Positions 18,220-29,300 of a stretch of 53,358 nt of DNA are shown one piece after another. Each line of letters begins with the position of its first letter. Position 1 is the stretch's first letter. The notes beneath the pieces were generated by a model, which ran no database searches, was not told the DNA's origin, and saw nothing but the letters and a program-made list of their open reading frames with translations. This DNA is from a virus (lineage: Duplodnaviria; Caudoviricetes), in IMG/VR virus record IMGVR_UViG_3300011013_000016, positions 1 to 53,358 of that record; one strand, written 5' to 3'. Position numbers and translations under genes: made by a program.

Positions 18220-19698
18220 ATGCCCGCTCGCGCTGATCTCGTCTCTGCCGTTCGCCTCAAGACCGGGTATCCGGAACGCGGCGCAAACGGCACGGCCCGC
18301 ATCGTGGACGCGCTCAAGCACGGGCTCCGTGAGATGTGGGGCGAGATGCCCGAGGGGCTGCTCCAAGAGGAGTGGCGCTTCCGTCTGGAGCCGAAGTACA
18401 GCTCCGGGACACTGAGCGTGGACACGGTCGACCCGCTCACGTTCCAGATCGTGGCCCCGACGGTCAACCCCGCAGTAGACGGGACGCTCCGGGCTCGTTG
18501 GCTGGAGATCAACCGGGGCGACAGCGTCTGGCACCGTCGCCGCATCCGGGATGTGTTTCTCAACCAGGGCCTCTACTACATCGTGGTGGACGACCCGTGG
18601 GACAACCTCACGGACACGGGGATGTCCTACAACATCTACACGTACGAGTACCCGTACCCGGGTGACGTGCAGAAGGTCCGCCAGATCCTCCGGGACCCGG
18701 ACAACCAGGCCATCCCGCTCTTGTACACGTTGCTGCCGGACACAGCAGACGAACTACGGCTGCGACGCGGCTGGCGATCTGAGGGAGACCCGCGGGCTTG
18801 CCAGCGAGGCGACTTCTACCAACTGCCGGCACCGCACTACACCCCGACCACACGAGTCGAGGCGGCGCCGACGACCGCCCAGCGATGGGGCCACGACTCC
18901 GGCACCACGGAGCAGGTCTCCTACGGTCCGGCCGGCACCTTCGAGTACCGGGTGTGTCATGTGTGGGGCCGGCGGACCCGGCCACAGGTGACCCAAGAGA
19001 ACATCCTGGAGCCGTTCTACATCTCGTCTCCGTCGCCAGCGTCAACAGCCCAGACCACCACCTGGAATGGGTCGTACATCGAGGTGGAGACCCCGGACCT
19101 GGACTACGTGTACGGCTACGGCATCGACACCGCGCTGCGCAGCTACCACCACCACGGAACGGAGAAGTGGATCTTCCGGCGCCGGACGGCAACCGAAGAT
19201 CCCCTGGCAGGAACGAACAACGCCACACACAAGTACGTGGAGGCGGACTCGATCTACTACCTGTGGCGGATCACCGTGGGGCACATCACCAACACCTATG
19301 ACCGTGGGGAAGACGACCCAGTGGACAAGCGGGTCCAGCTCTACACGAACAACGGGCACTTCCACCTGCGGTTCGACTCCCGGCCGACGGTGGCCGACGA
19401 CGTGTTGCTGCGCATGGTGCGCAGGCCCCCGAATCTGGATCACGATGCCGACGCGCCCCGAATCCCCCCGGAGGCCACGGACGCCCTGATCTTCCTGGCG
19501 TGCAGCTACCTTGTGGGTGAGCGGGACGGGAACCCCTCTCGGACCGCGTTCTACCGTGATCTGTACAACGAGGAGATGGACAAGCTCAGGTCCCTGGCCA
19601 ATGCGGGCGGGTTCGTCTCCGAGGGCTTTGGGGACGGCCTCTCCCATGGTGACCTGCGCAGCTTCGGACTGATCCCCGGCGCCATCCGGGAGGGCTGA
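18220..19698 (+). CDS. Head-tail adaptor (tail tubular A/P22 gp4-like) with large insertion
   Basis: ADLVSAVR...YPYPGDVQKV...DAPRIPPEATDALIFLA pattern; position. Confidence 0.55.
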   Translation: MPARADLVSAVRLKTGYPERGANGTARIVDALKHGLREMWGEMPEGLLQEEWRFRLEPKYSSGTLSVDTVDPLTFQIVAPTVNPAVDGTLRARWLEINRGDSVWHRRRIRDVFLNQGLYYIVVDDPWDNLTDTGMSYNIYTYEYPYPGDVQKVRQILRDPDNQAIPLLYTLLPDTADELRLRRGWRSEGDPRACQRGDFYQLPAPHYTPTTRVEAAPTTAQRWGHDSGTTEQVSYGPAGTFEYRVCHVWGRRTRPQVTQENILEPFYISSPSPASTAQTTTWNGSYIEVETPDLDYVYGYGIDTALRSYHHHGTEKWIFRRRTATEDPLAGTNNATHKYVEADSIYYLWRITVGHITNTYDRGEDDPVDKRVQLYTNNGHFHLRFDSRPTVADDVLLRMVRRPPNLDHDADAPRIPPEATDALIFLACSYLVGERDGNPSRTAFYRDLYNEEMDKLRSLANAGGFVSEGFGDGLSHGDLRSFGLIPGAIREG

Positions 19699-19701
19699 CC
19701 T

Positions 19702-21822
19702 GTGGGCGCATCTGCACACAAGCCGATCGGCTACGCCAAGGTCATGGTGGACGCGCCTGTGTCCCCGGGTGACACGGCTTCGGAGATCTTGAACTGGGAC
19801 ATGGATGTCCGGGGCATGTTCCTGGAGTCCAAGGTCCGCATCATGCCGTTGGTGCCCACCGAGTGGGCAGCGGCTCAGCCCACGGAGTTTGCAGACGTCC
19901 GGGGGCTGGTCTACACGAACCAGGGCCAGGGCCACAAGCACGAGATCCTCATCCTGACTGACGACGGTGTGTTCCGGTATGCACCGTGGCTTCGGGCCAC
20001 GACCGGCATCGAGGAGCAGTTCGGCTACAATCGAAACGGATCGACCTACTCCGTCCGGCCGCAGGGCAAGCCGCTGTTCCCGGCCAGCATCGAGACTGTG
20101 GGCCGATACGTCTACTTCACCTTCGGGGACGGGGGCCCGGCCTGGGTCTGGGATGGGATCCGGGTGCGGCGCTTGGGCTACACCTCCACTCCGCCCCCGC
20201 CATTCGTGCAGGGTCCGCAGCGGCGTGAAGACGGGGAGCCAAACGCCGGTGGCTTCTCCGTGTCGGGCCGGATCGGTTCCGTTGAGGACGACTGGACCAA
20301 GGCCCTTGTGCTGCCCGCGGAGGGTATCGACAAGGGCCAGTGGAACTACTGGCAGGTCTGGGAGAGCGAAGGGGGGGCGTACTCGCCCATGTCTCCGGTC
20401 GGAACCGGGGCCACGATGGAGCTGGAGCAGCTGGGCATCTTCGACTGGAAGGCGTACGGCGAGGACCTGCGGCGTGCCTTCCTCCTGCAGAACATTGTGG
20501 AGGGGCCGGACGGTACGGTTGCTCGGATCTTGCTCCGCACCCTCAACCTGCACCGGCTTCCGACAGACGACTTTGGGCAGCCCCACTTCCTGCACCGCAT
20601 CCCGCACAACGTTGGGAACGTGGACTACGTGGACAGCATCCCAGACGGCGAGCTTGGCTCCATCTGGAAGAACCGATCCCTGGTTCCGCTTGGGGTCTAC
20701 TTCCTCAAGAGCTTCAGCGGCTCGATGGTCTACATGCGCTCGCGGACGCACCCGAGCCGGATCTGGTGGTCCGAACAGGAGAGCGGGATCGGGCCTGTGC
20801 CAGAGAGCCTTCTTGAGGGCGCATGGCAGGACGTGTTTCCGGAGACGGGCCCGATCACTGGAGGCCTGAGCACTCGGCTCAGTGTGGGCAACGAGACCGC
20901 CGTGTTGCTCATTGGCAAGGAGCGCGCTCTCCACTTCATGCACGGCAGCTACCCCGACTGGAAGTTCGGCACCCTGCGCATCGGGGCTGGTCTCGAAGGC
21001 CCGGGTCTGATCCAGGCGCTGCCTGACGGTACCGTGCTCATGTACGGCGCCAACAGCTTCTGGATGCTCGACACCGAGGGGGTCGTACACGACGTGGGCG
21101 GGCCTGTCCGCCGGCTCTTGCGTCGAGTGAACACGGTCAGCGCCCGACTCGGGGTCTCGTGGGTCGAGGAGTCCAAGAGCCAGGTCCACTTCCACTTGCC
21201 GCTGGCGGACAGCACGCGACCAGACCGTTGGTTCACTTGGGACTACCGCTTCAAGGGCTGGCGCCGTCGGGACGACTCGACCGTGGACGCGGCCCTCTCC
21301 ATCAACGGCGGCGAGTTCGTGCTGTTGGCCGGGACCCACAACGCTGTGCGCACGGTGTATTTGTGGGGGCGCGGCTACACTGGCTGGACCTACGCAGCGG
21401 CGACAGCGACGTACCAGACCGGCTGGTGCACCCTGGACGACAGCAGGGGCCCACCGCACCTTGGAGCCACCTGGCGCGTCACCGACCTGCTTGTGAGTGG
21501 CGAGGAGAGGTCCAACGGAACCGTGGCGGTCAAGGTCTTCGACGAGTGGACCCTCGTGCAGGCCCTTGCGGACGACACGCTCACCGCAGCCCACCCCGAG
21601 CACGACAACATCCCGTACTACGGCACGGCCGAGTACGGTGCCACCAACACCAACTACCGCATCCTTCGCTCCTTCCACCAGCGGGCACCGGCCGACGAGC
21701 ACACCACGGGGGTGTTTCGGGTCGAGTTGGAGACCACAGCGGAGTTCGCGCTTCTTGGCATCGACGCATACGGTGAGCCCGTGGCTGGTCCGTCGGGCCG
21801 GGCGCCGGAGGGAACCGCCTGA
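19702..21822 (+). CDS. Tail nozzle/stabilisation protein (P22 gp10/T7 gp12-like beta-propeller)
   Basis: 706 aa; SRIWWSE...PES, TGPITG, GKERAL patterns. Confidence 0.65.
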   Translation: MGASAHKPIGYAKVMVDAPVSPGDTASEILNWDMDVRGMFLESKVRIMPLVPTEWAAAQPTEFADVRGLVYTNQGQGHKHEILILTDDGVFRYAPWLRATTGIEEQFGYNRNGSTYSVRPQGKPLFPASIETVGRYVYFTFGDGGPAWVWDGIRVRRLGYTSTPPPPFVQGPQRREDGEPNAGGFSVSGRIGSVEDDWTKALVLPAEGIDKGQWNYWQVWESEGGAYSPMSPVGTGATMELEQLGIFDWKAYGEDLRRAFLLQNIVEGPDGTVARILLRTLNLHRLPTDDFGQPHFLHRIPHNVGNVDYVDSIPDGELGSIWKNRSLVPLGVYFLKSFSGSMVYMRSRTHPSRIWWSEQESGIGPVPESLLEGAWQDVFPETGPITGGLSTRLSVGNETAVLLIGKERALHFMHGSYPDWKFGTLRIGAGLEGPGLIQALPDGTVLMYGANSFWMLDTEGVVHDVGGPVRRLLRRVNTVSARLGVSWVEESKSQVHFHLPLADSTRPDRWFTWDYRFKGWRRRDDSTVDAALSINGGEFVLLAGTHNAVRTVYLWGRGYTGWTYAAATATYQTGWCTLDDSRGPPHLGATWRVTDLLVSGEERSNGTVAVKVFDEWTLVQALADDTLTAAHPEHDNIPYYGTAEYGATNTNYRILRSFHQRAPADEHTTGVFRVELETTAEFALLGIDAYGEPVAGPSGRAPEGTA

Positions 21823-22583
21823 TGATCTTCAAGCCGCGAGGGGTGGCCACGGGTGGCGTGATCGATCCGGACCTCCTGACGGACGAGTTCGAGGCGGCAG
21901 CCAAGCTCGCAGCGGAGACTGGCCAGTACCAGTGGCTGCTCAACGCATTCACGAGCGTGGACCGTCTCAAGCGCGGGTCTGCCGGACACATTTCCGTGGA
22001 CACCTCGCACATCCACGCGGACCTTGGGGCGACCTTCACCACCAATCCGATCTTGCGAGCTGCGGCCGGTGCTGTGGATCCGGAGATCTTCCAGATCCCA
22101 TACAACCGAGGCCTGTCTGAGATCGGAACGGCCGGAGGCACCCCGGGCAGTGTCGGGATCGATTGGACCAGCCGCTACCCGGAGTACATCGTTGCCATCT
22201 ACTGCTGTCAGTACATCCGCGAGGCCAGGGGTCGCTTCCCAGACGACGACCTCGACGTGCGCGCCCAGCTCCGTGTTGCCGTGGACAACGCCCCGATCCC
22301 CGGCACTGGTCCTTTCGCGGTGCCACTGGATGGTCAGGCGCGCGGGACAGGCTTCGGGGGCCGGGCGTTCCGGTCCTGTGCTGTCGCCATGCTCCCGATC
22401 GCTGCCGGCCGGCACTACGTGACTGGTTTCGCGGGCCAGGCCTCGGCGATCCCTCACGTCGGCCGCAAGCTGTTCGAGCGCACCAAGTACCTGGACGATC
22501 CGCCGTTCGAAGGGGTCTGCATTGGCAGCCGGCGCTTGATCTTGCTCCGGTTCAACAAGGGCCTGCCCGGGATGGAGGGCTGA
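21822..22583 (+). CDS. Tail-associated structural protein
   Basis: TGATG coupling; structural operon. Confidence 0.6.
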   Translation: MIFKPRGVATGGVIDPDLLTDEFEAAAKLAAETGQYQWLLNAFTSVDRLKRGSAGHISVDTSHIHADLGATFTTNPILRAAAGAVDPEIFQIPYNRGLSEIGTAGGTPGSVGIDWTSRYPEYIVAIYCCQYIREARGRFPDDDLDVRAQLRVAVDNAPIPGTGPFAVPLDGQARGTGFGGRAFRSCAVAMLPIAAGRHYVTGFAGQASAIPHVGRKLFERTKYLDDPPFEGVCIGSRRLILLRFNKGLPGMEG

Positions 22584-23276
22584 ATGCCAGTCACACGACC
22601 CGTAGACGGTGCGGGGATCACCACAGCGACCGTCGAGCAGATGTACACGGACGCCCGCGGTCTGGCCAACGCGGTGCCGTTCAGGGGGCTGGGGGTCGAT
22701 GCACTTGGACACCAGCACCTGCCGTCCCTCCTCGTCGGGGGCGCGGACCAGTCGGACTACCTGGAGAATGTTGCGCCGGAGACAGTCACAGGCGCCAACC
22801 CCTTCACAGCGGAGACCCTCGCGGACATCCGGGGGGCCTGGAAGACGACCGGCTACTCCCTCAACAACGGAGGGCCGGGGTACTCCCTGCCGGCCTGCAA
22901 GGTCCTCGCGTTCTGCTCCCTGCAGATCTCCATTGTGGCCGGGCTCAACGCCCTCGGGGAGATCGACAAAGCCCTGTACTTGGTCTTGGGGCGAGAGGAC
23001 TCGGACGACACGGGGGTGTTCCATGCAGATCTGGCCGATATCGGCACCGTGTTCGTGCCGCAGAACAAGACCGCAAAGGTGCTCGCGGAGCGGTACCCGG
23101 ATGTGCAGCACACAGTCACGCTCGCGACCGTCATCGACAAGACCGTGGGCGGGGCCTGGACCCTGGAGAACCTCTACGTGAAGGCGGCGTCCGCTCTGCA
23201 CGGAGATCCGGTGGCCGCCACCTACACGATCCTGCACGGTTCCATCGGCTTCTTCTGTCTGTACAGGGACTCTTGA
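22584..23276 (+). CDS. Tail-associated structural protein
   Basis: Abuts previous gene; structural operon. Confidence 0.6.
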   Translation: MPVTRPVDGAGITTATVEQMYTDARGLANAVPFRGLGVDALGHQHLPSLLVGGADQSDYLENVAPETVTGANPFTAETLADIRGAWKTTGYSLNNGGPGYSLPACKVLAFCSLQISIVAGLNALGEIDKALYLVLGREDSDDTGVFHADLADIGTVFVPQNKTAKVLAERYPDVQHTVTLATVIDKTVGGAWTLENLYVKAASALHGDPVAATYTILHGSIGFFCLYRDS

Positions 23277-24026
23277 ATGCCGACCATTCCTGCATTCAGC
23301 CTCGTTAGCACGACCGTAGATCCGGCGGAGATCTACGACAACATGCTGTACAACGCTGCGGCGGCTCCGGTCACGCTGGAGAACCTGAACGGCGGGCTGG
23401 ACGACACGAACTACGCCGCCGGCAACGACTCCATCCGGGCGTACTCCGTGCAGAGCGGGACGTTCTGTGCCGGGGTGTGGCACGGGACCGACCGCTGGTC
23501 CTACACCTACGAGGGCCAGGTCGGTGGCGAGGACAACGCAGACGGGCGGGTTCCCCACGACTTCCTGGCGGCGCGCATCTGGCTGCCATGGACTGCTGGT
23601 GTCGTGTGGTTCGGGTACCAGGGCTGGTTCATGCACAACGCCTACCGGCACGACGTGGACGGGAGCAGTGGTGGTCCATTCGAGGAGTTCTGGTCGGTGC
23701 AGCTCCACGCACAGGGCACAAACCACCAGGCCCTGCACACCCGTCTGCCCACCACAATGGCGACCCAGCGTCCACCCACGGCGTGCGACGAGGTCCCGGA
23801 GGACACAGCTCCTGGCACCGTGAAGGTCTCCGACGAGGACCGGATGAAGTACGTCTGCAAGATGGGCATGGCTGAGAGCGTGAGCAAGGGGTACTACGAC
23901 ATCTCGATCCACCTGTGGGCCAGCCTCTTCGAGCGGACCGGTCGGGCGACGAAGGACCCAGATCCGAACTGGGAGACCAGCGTGGAGATGCGCAGCGGCG
24001 CGGTCTGGCTGCTTGCAATCCGTTGA
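23277..24026 (+). CDS. Tail-associated structural protein
   Basis: Abuts previous gene; LENLNGGLDDTN. Confidence 0.6.
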   Translation: MPTIPAFSLVSTTVDPAEIYDNMLYNAAAAPVTLENLNGGLDDTNYAAGNDSIRAYSVQSGTFCAGVWHGTDRWSYTYEGQVGGEDNADGRVPHDFLAARIWLPWTAGVVWFGYQGWFMHNAYRHDVDGSSGGPFEEFWSVQLHAQGTNHQALHTRLPTTMATQRPPTACDEVPEDTAPGTVKVSDEDRMKYVCKMGMAESVSKGYYDISIHLWASLFERTGRATKDPDPNWETSVEMRSGAVWLLAIR

Positions 24027-24053
24027 CTGGGGCCTGAGAAGCAAGGAGATCAC

Positions 24054-24620
24054 ATGGCTGGAGCGATGATGGGCCCCTGGGGAGCCGTGGGGCAAATGCT
24101 TCCCGGAGCCATTGCGTCCGGAAAAGCACACCGCCCCTCCACCACTGAGCTGATCTACCAGGCGTTCCTGCTCGGCCAACTCGCAAAGCTCACCCGCGGT
24201 CGGGGCGGCATGACCCCCAACCAGCGGCAGCAGGCTACGTCCGAGGGCGAGGGCATGATCAACGCCCGGATGGCCGAGGCCGGCGCGGGCTTGGCCCGTG
24301 GGAGTGCCGGGACACCCGGCGCGTCCGGGGCCGCCCAGAAGAGCCAGACAGACCTGTACAAGGCAGGCCTGGCTGCTTCCCAGCAGAGCCGCTCTGAGAT
24401 CCGAGGTGCTGACCTCCGCCTGGCTGCACAGAAGCGCAACGAGGTGATGAACCAGTGGATGGCGATGACCGGACTCCGTCAACAGGCCAAGGAGGCCGGT
24501 GCCGCCCACACAGCAGGGATGAGCCAGTCCCAGAAGGTCCCGGCCTCTTCGATCCCACCGAAGGCTGCCGACGACGCCGCAGGTGACACCGCTGCGGTCG
24601 GCTCGGTCGCGGGAGGCTGA
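24054..24620 (+). CDS. Internal virion (ejection) protein, small
   Basis: Gly/Ala/Met/Gln-rich, GAMMGPWGAVG N-terminus typical of podovirus ejection proteins. Confidence 0.6.
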   Translation: MAGAMMGPWGAVGQMLPGAIASGKAHRPSTTELIYQAFLLGQLAKLTRGRGGMTPNQRQQATSEGEGMINARMAEAGAGLARGSAGTPGASGAAQKSQTDLYKAGLAASQQSRSEIRGADLRLAAQKRNEVMNQWMAMTGLRQQAKEAGAAHTAGMSQSQKVPASSIPPKAADDAAGDTAAVGSVAGG

Positions 24621-24621
24621 C

Positions 24622-26328
24622 ATGGCTGATCAGATCCCCTCTGGAAGCGGCGGATACGGCGGCGGCGCCGGAGCCATTTACAGGCAGGCGTACCGCCAGG
24701 CCGTGGCGGGCGGACTCACGTACGAAGAGGAGCAGCGCAAGCAGTTCCTTCTTGTAGAGCTGGGCAAGGCTCAGAACGAACGCCAGCGGCTCCAGATCGA
24801 AAAGGCCAAGGGCCGGGCCACAGTGATCAGTGCTCTGGCTTCCGCATGGGCCAACTTGGCGCAGGCCGAGGCCGAGGGGCACAAGGCCAACTCCGCCGCA
24901 CAGCAGAGCTACGTGACTGCCTACGTCTCTCGTGTGGAGGCCCGCAAAGACCTGCTCGCTCACGTGTTGCACGCGGACAAGACCGGCCAGTTCCGGCCCG
25001 TCGGAGACATGCAGGAGACCACCCTTCCTCAGCTCCAGCGCCTGGACGATGTCGGACGCCTGGGCAAGGACGCCAACGTCAAGGAGCTGGTGGCGCCGGA
25101 GGACGTCTCCATCGACCCCGCGACGGTGGCCGGGGAACTGGGCACCATCATCCGGGAAACCTACTTCTCTCCCGAAGCCACAAACTTGTTGGCCGACCAG
25201 CTCAACAAGAACGTCGGCGACAGCCAAGCCGAGCGCTATCGGCAGACCGCTTGGCTGGCCATGGAGGCGGGCAAGAAGGTCCGGGACGGCTTGATCGCCA
25301 TCGAGGTCGAGAATGGGCTGGAGCGCGGATCGCTGTCAAACGACCGTGCTGTCCAGGAGATCGTGCTCGGCACCGACGGCACCGCGGGCCTGTTGCCACC
25401 CGAGGCTCGGGCAGTCCTGGCTGCGGGGTCCGAGTACCAGGCCGCGCACGCGGGCGAAGTCTCCTCTGCGCAGGTGGAATGGGACGGCTTCGTCGAGGAG
25501 GGCGAGAACCTGGCCCGGGCGTACAACATGCCTGTCCTGGCTGAGGGCGTGGCCAAGATGCGGGCCTTCAGCGACGGGGACATGGAAGCCCTGAAGCGCA
25601 TGGGATTCGGCGACCTGACCGACGCCGAGTCTGAGCCCGGCTTTGCTGAGCAGGTCATGATCGATGACCTGAAGGCCCTGCAGGACAAGGCCGGGGCTCC
25701 CGGTGAGCTGGAGCGGCACATGAACACTCTGCGCGCCAAGCCCGGGTGGGACGCCTTCGTGCGGATGTACGGCTTCACCAACGAAGTAGACGCTGCCCTG
25801 TGGGCCGCCCGGGACAGCAAGGCCAAGGCTGCATTCAACGTGGTGATGGGTGCGCACGCGGCGGGTCGGTACGACGAGGTGGAGTTGCAGGGCACCCTGC
25901 GCATGGCGGGCCTGCCCACGTCTGCGAAGGACGTCGGGCACCCCCGTCGGGTCGAACGACGGGCCTCAATGGATCAGCTGAAGGATGACATGGCCACCCG
26001 GAAGAGGGAGCGCCAGCAGGAGCGCCAGCAGAAGCGGGTTGGCGAGCGCGTTGGGCCTGCGATCGAGGAGTTCGAGCGGACAGATCCGGGTGACGCAGAG
26101 CCGCCCGGTCCCGAGGCTCGTCTCCGCAAGGAGCGGAAGGGGATCCGCAAGGCCCAGACCGCCATCGCCCAGCGTCTTGGGGACCGCTTCACCGACGAGA
26201 TGAAGAAGCGCGTGGATGCCGACACCTCCACCCTCCCAGCCACAGGCACGGCCCTGGCCGCCAAGGACCGGAAGAAGGAGGACGAGAACGCGGAGCCCGA
26301 GGCGGGGTACGCTGGCTATCAGGTGTAG
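24622..26328 (+). CDS. Internal virion (ejection) protein, medium
   Basis: ATG 24622 after GGAGG; helical, A/E/Q-rich, no Cys. Confidence 0.6.
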   Translation: MADQIPSGSGGYGGGAGAIYRQAYRQAVAGGLTYEEEQRKQFLLVELGKAQNERQRLQIEKAKGRATVISALASAWANLAQAEAEGHKANSAAQQSYVTAYVSRVEARKDLLAHVLHADKTGQFRPVGDMQETTLPQLQRLDDVGRLGKDANVKELVAPEDVSIDPATVAGELGTIIRETYFSPEATNLLADQLNKNVGDSQAERYRQTAWLAMEAGKKVRDGLIAIEVENGLERGSLSNDRAVQEIVLGTDGTAGLLPPEARAVLAAGSEYQAAHAGEVSSAQVEWDGFVEEGENLARAYNMPVLAEGVAKMRAFSDGDMEALKRMGFGDLTDAESEPGFAEQVMIDDLKALQDKAGAPGELERHMNTLRAKPGWDAFVRMYGFTNEVDAALWAARDSKAKAAFNVVMGAHAAGRYDEVELQGTLRMAGLPTSAKDVGHPRRVERRASMDQLKDDMATRKRERQQERQQKRVGERVGPAIEEFERTDPGDAEPPGPEARLRKERKGIRKAQTAIAQRLGDRFTDEMKKRVDADTSTLPATGTALAAKDRKKEDENAEPEAGYAGYQV

Positions 26329-26334
26329 AGGTCC

Positions 26335-29300
26335 ATGGGCAATCCATTCAGCTACCTCACGACGTCTTCTGGCAAGGCGCCGTGGGAGGAAGAAGAGGAG
26401 GAGCAGGCGGCTGCGCCTGCTGCGGACAGCTACGCGCCCACGATCATCTCGTACCCACACGAGACCCAGACCCTCCCCAGCGGCATCGAGGCCCCAGCAC
26501 GGCACGGATTGTATCGAGCACGCGACCAGATCAAGGCGTCGGAGACCAGCTACCTGGAGCCCAGCCTGACCCACCAAGCGGTTCAGGGCTGGTCCCAGGA
26601 CCCGGGGACATTCTCTCCGGAACAGCAGACCGAGGGTTCCGAGCCCCGCTGGTACGAGTCGCTGTTCCGAGTGCTGGAGCCGTTTGAGATTCCCACGTCT
26701 GCGATGCACAGAGGCCGGACGGCCCTGGTCGGCGGAACAGAGAAGGACGGTCTCTCGTACAAGGCCCAGCGCGAGATGCACGCCAACGTCTTCGGGCGCG
26801 CCTTGGGGCCCGGCTACGTCCTGGAGAAGCGACCCGAGGCCCGGCACCCCGCAGACCCCGAGGCTTCTACTGCGGGTGGGCCCGTCCCCGGACAGACCCG
26901 CGCTGAAGCCGCCAAGTCCCAGTTCGAGTACGAGCAGGACCGTCAGGTCGATGTCGACGAGCGCCGCGCGTACGAGGAGCGTCTTGCGCCAGACCTGGCT
27001 CAGCTCCAGGACGAGATCATGGAGGCCAACCGGGCTGCCTATGACCGGTTCTGGGAGGCGGCCAGTAGCGGGGAGTTGTCTGCGCTGGCCAAGTCCCGAG
27101 CCAAGGACCGGGTGGGCCCCGACTACGGCATCCTGCGGCAGGGCGACATCAACGATGTCTACATGCCCCTGGAGGAGGCCCAGCGCCTCCAGCAGAAGGC
27201 CAACGCCTTGGGGCTGGACGCCGGACCGTTCCTGAACACGATGGCGGACCCGACCCAGCGGGTTTGGGTCGGGATCTTGGGTGACGTGGTCAGCGACCCT
27301 TTCAACGCTGCCGGTCCCGGCGCCGGCACTAAGGTCGTGCGCGTGGGGGACGACGTGTTCCGGGCTGGAGTGAAGGCCCAGGCGGCGGCCGGGGCTGTCT
27401 CCAGGGCCACGGGCGGTGCTGTGGGTGCCGACGATGTCCTGCGGACCATCGTAGCTGCAGAACGCGGCGACGAGGCTGCCAGGGCTGCTGCTGTGCGTTG
27501 GGCGGGCGAGCTGGATGATGCTGCGCAGGCGTCGCGGGCCCGTGCCGCGGCGCCTGCACGCTCCGGCGAGCAGATCATGGACGACGCCGTCCGCCACAAG
27601 GCCGACATGGTGGATGCTGCCGAGCAGGCACGGATCGCCTTCCAGCAGGGCAACGCCACCCGCCGCATGGTGAACACGACTCGGGCCAATCTGGACAACG
27701 CCGAGCGGGCCCTCGTCAGGTTGAAGACTCCCCGGTATGCGGCACAGGTCGCCGTGCGGGAGACCCGGCTCGCAGCCAAGAGTGCTGCTGAGCAGTCCGC
27801 TGCCGCCCGGAGCCTGGCGTTTGTTGGGGACGGCGGTCGTGGCCTGGCGGGCAAGGCAGGAGGCCTCCCCTTCCATCTTCCCTTCACCCCGCACACGGTT
27901 TCGCTCTCCCCTGTGCCTGTGCTCCCGCTGCCCAAGAAGGCGGTCACGTACGCGGCCGGAAAGGTCGGGGCTGGCGTCGGAAAGGTGGCCGAGCCTTGGA
28001 CCCTACGCACTCTGGAGGCCACGCCCTGGGACGAGATGACCGGCAGCCAGATGCTGGCCCACCTGTTCCAGGCTAGCGGGGTCGAGGCGGCCCGTGGTGT
28101 ACAGGACGTCGGGTTGTTTGCCTGGGACACCCTTGCCCGGTGGTTCGGGGACCGGACGATCATGCGGTCCTTGCGCTTCTACGGCCTGGGCAACGCCGGC
28201 AAGCAGCGCATGGCGGCCGAGCTGGGATCCGAGTTGGCCCGAGACGCAGCGGCGGCTGACCGGGTGAGCAAGTCCTTGGCCCGGTTCGGAATCAACGCCT
28301 CTCGCCTGGCCCGGGTGTCCGGGGAGGTCTGGGACAACTACCAGACCGCACTCATCGGCTTCATGCGCCGCATGTCGTCGATGGAGTCCGAGACCCTGCG
28401 CAGCGTGAACCGCATCACAGAGCACGCGCGCGCTGCCTGGAAGCACCGCAAGGACGTCGCCGCGCGTTCCCTCCCGGGCCTGCGCACGCAGATCGCAGAC
28501 CTGGAGGGTCGAGGTGCGGCCCAGACCGAGGCTGTGCGCGTGCTGAAGGCCGAGGCGACCATGCTCACGATGTGGGCATCACCCAAGTACGGTGTCCAGG
28601 ACGTGCTCATTGAGGCGGGGGGGGCCATCGAGCGGGGCCACGGAACCCTTCAGGAGAGCCTCCTCCGAGACTTCCCCGAGTACAGGGGCGAGCTGGGTGT
28701 GCGCCCCGAGCTGATTCCCTTGGCCAATGAGGTTGAGGGGCTGATCAAGCGCTGGGTCGCGGCGACCGGACAAGAGGAAGAGACCTTGCGTCAGGCGCTC
28801 GTCGCCATGGAGCGCTCGCTGAAGGGCGACCCCCGTGTTCGGGGCGGCCTGGAAAAGCTCAAGGCAAGCCTGCAGGGCCAGCTCGACACCCTTGACCAGG
28901 CGACCCCCCAAATCAGGAAGCAGCTCTCAGAGCTGGAAGACAAGGTCGCCACGACCACCAAGCGGTCTGAGCAACAGGTGGTTGAGCCCGTGAAGCAGGC
29001 CGAGTTCCTGGAGACCAAGGCCGGCCAGAAGTCCACACCGGCCATGTCCAAGAGACTTCGGGAAGCCTACGAGCGTGGAGACGACGCCGACGATGCTGCG
29101 GCCCCCATGGCATCACCCACGGCGGCGGCATCAAAGAATGCGATGGCCAGTGCTGTGGCTGGAGACACCAGCGCTGCGTACAACGAGGTGCGTCAGGTCC
29201 TGAACAAGTACGCTGCCGGCGATGTGGCAGACAAGGCGATCAAGAAGTCCCTCGACACCCTGGCCGAGCGGGTCGTGGCTCACTTCGACGAGGGCGGCCC

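Noticed and set aside
19042-24623. Very long antisense ORFs (886 aa and 989 aa; also 16487-17902, 25966-27894, 41775-43838)
   Set aside because: Shadow frames of high-GC genes. They have no motifs or RBS, and same-frame gene junctions let them run across genes.
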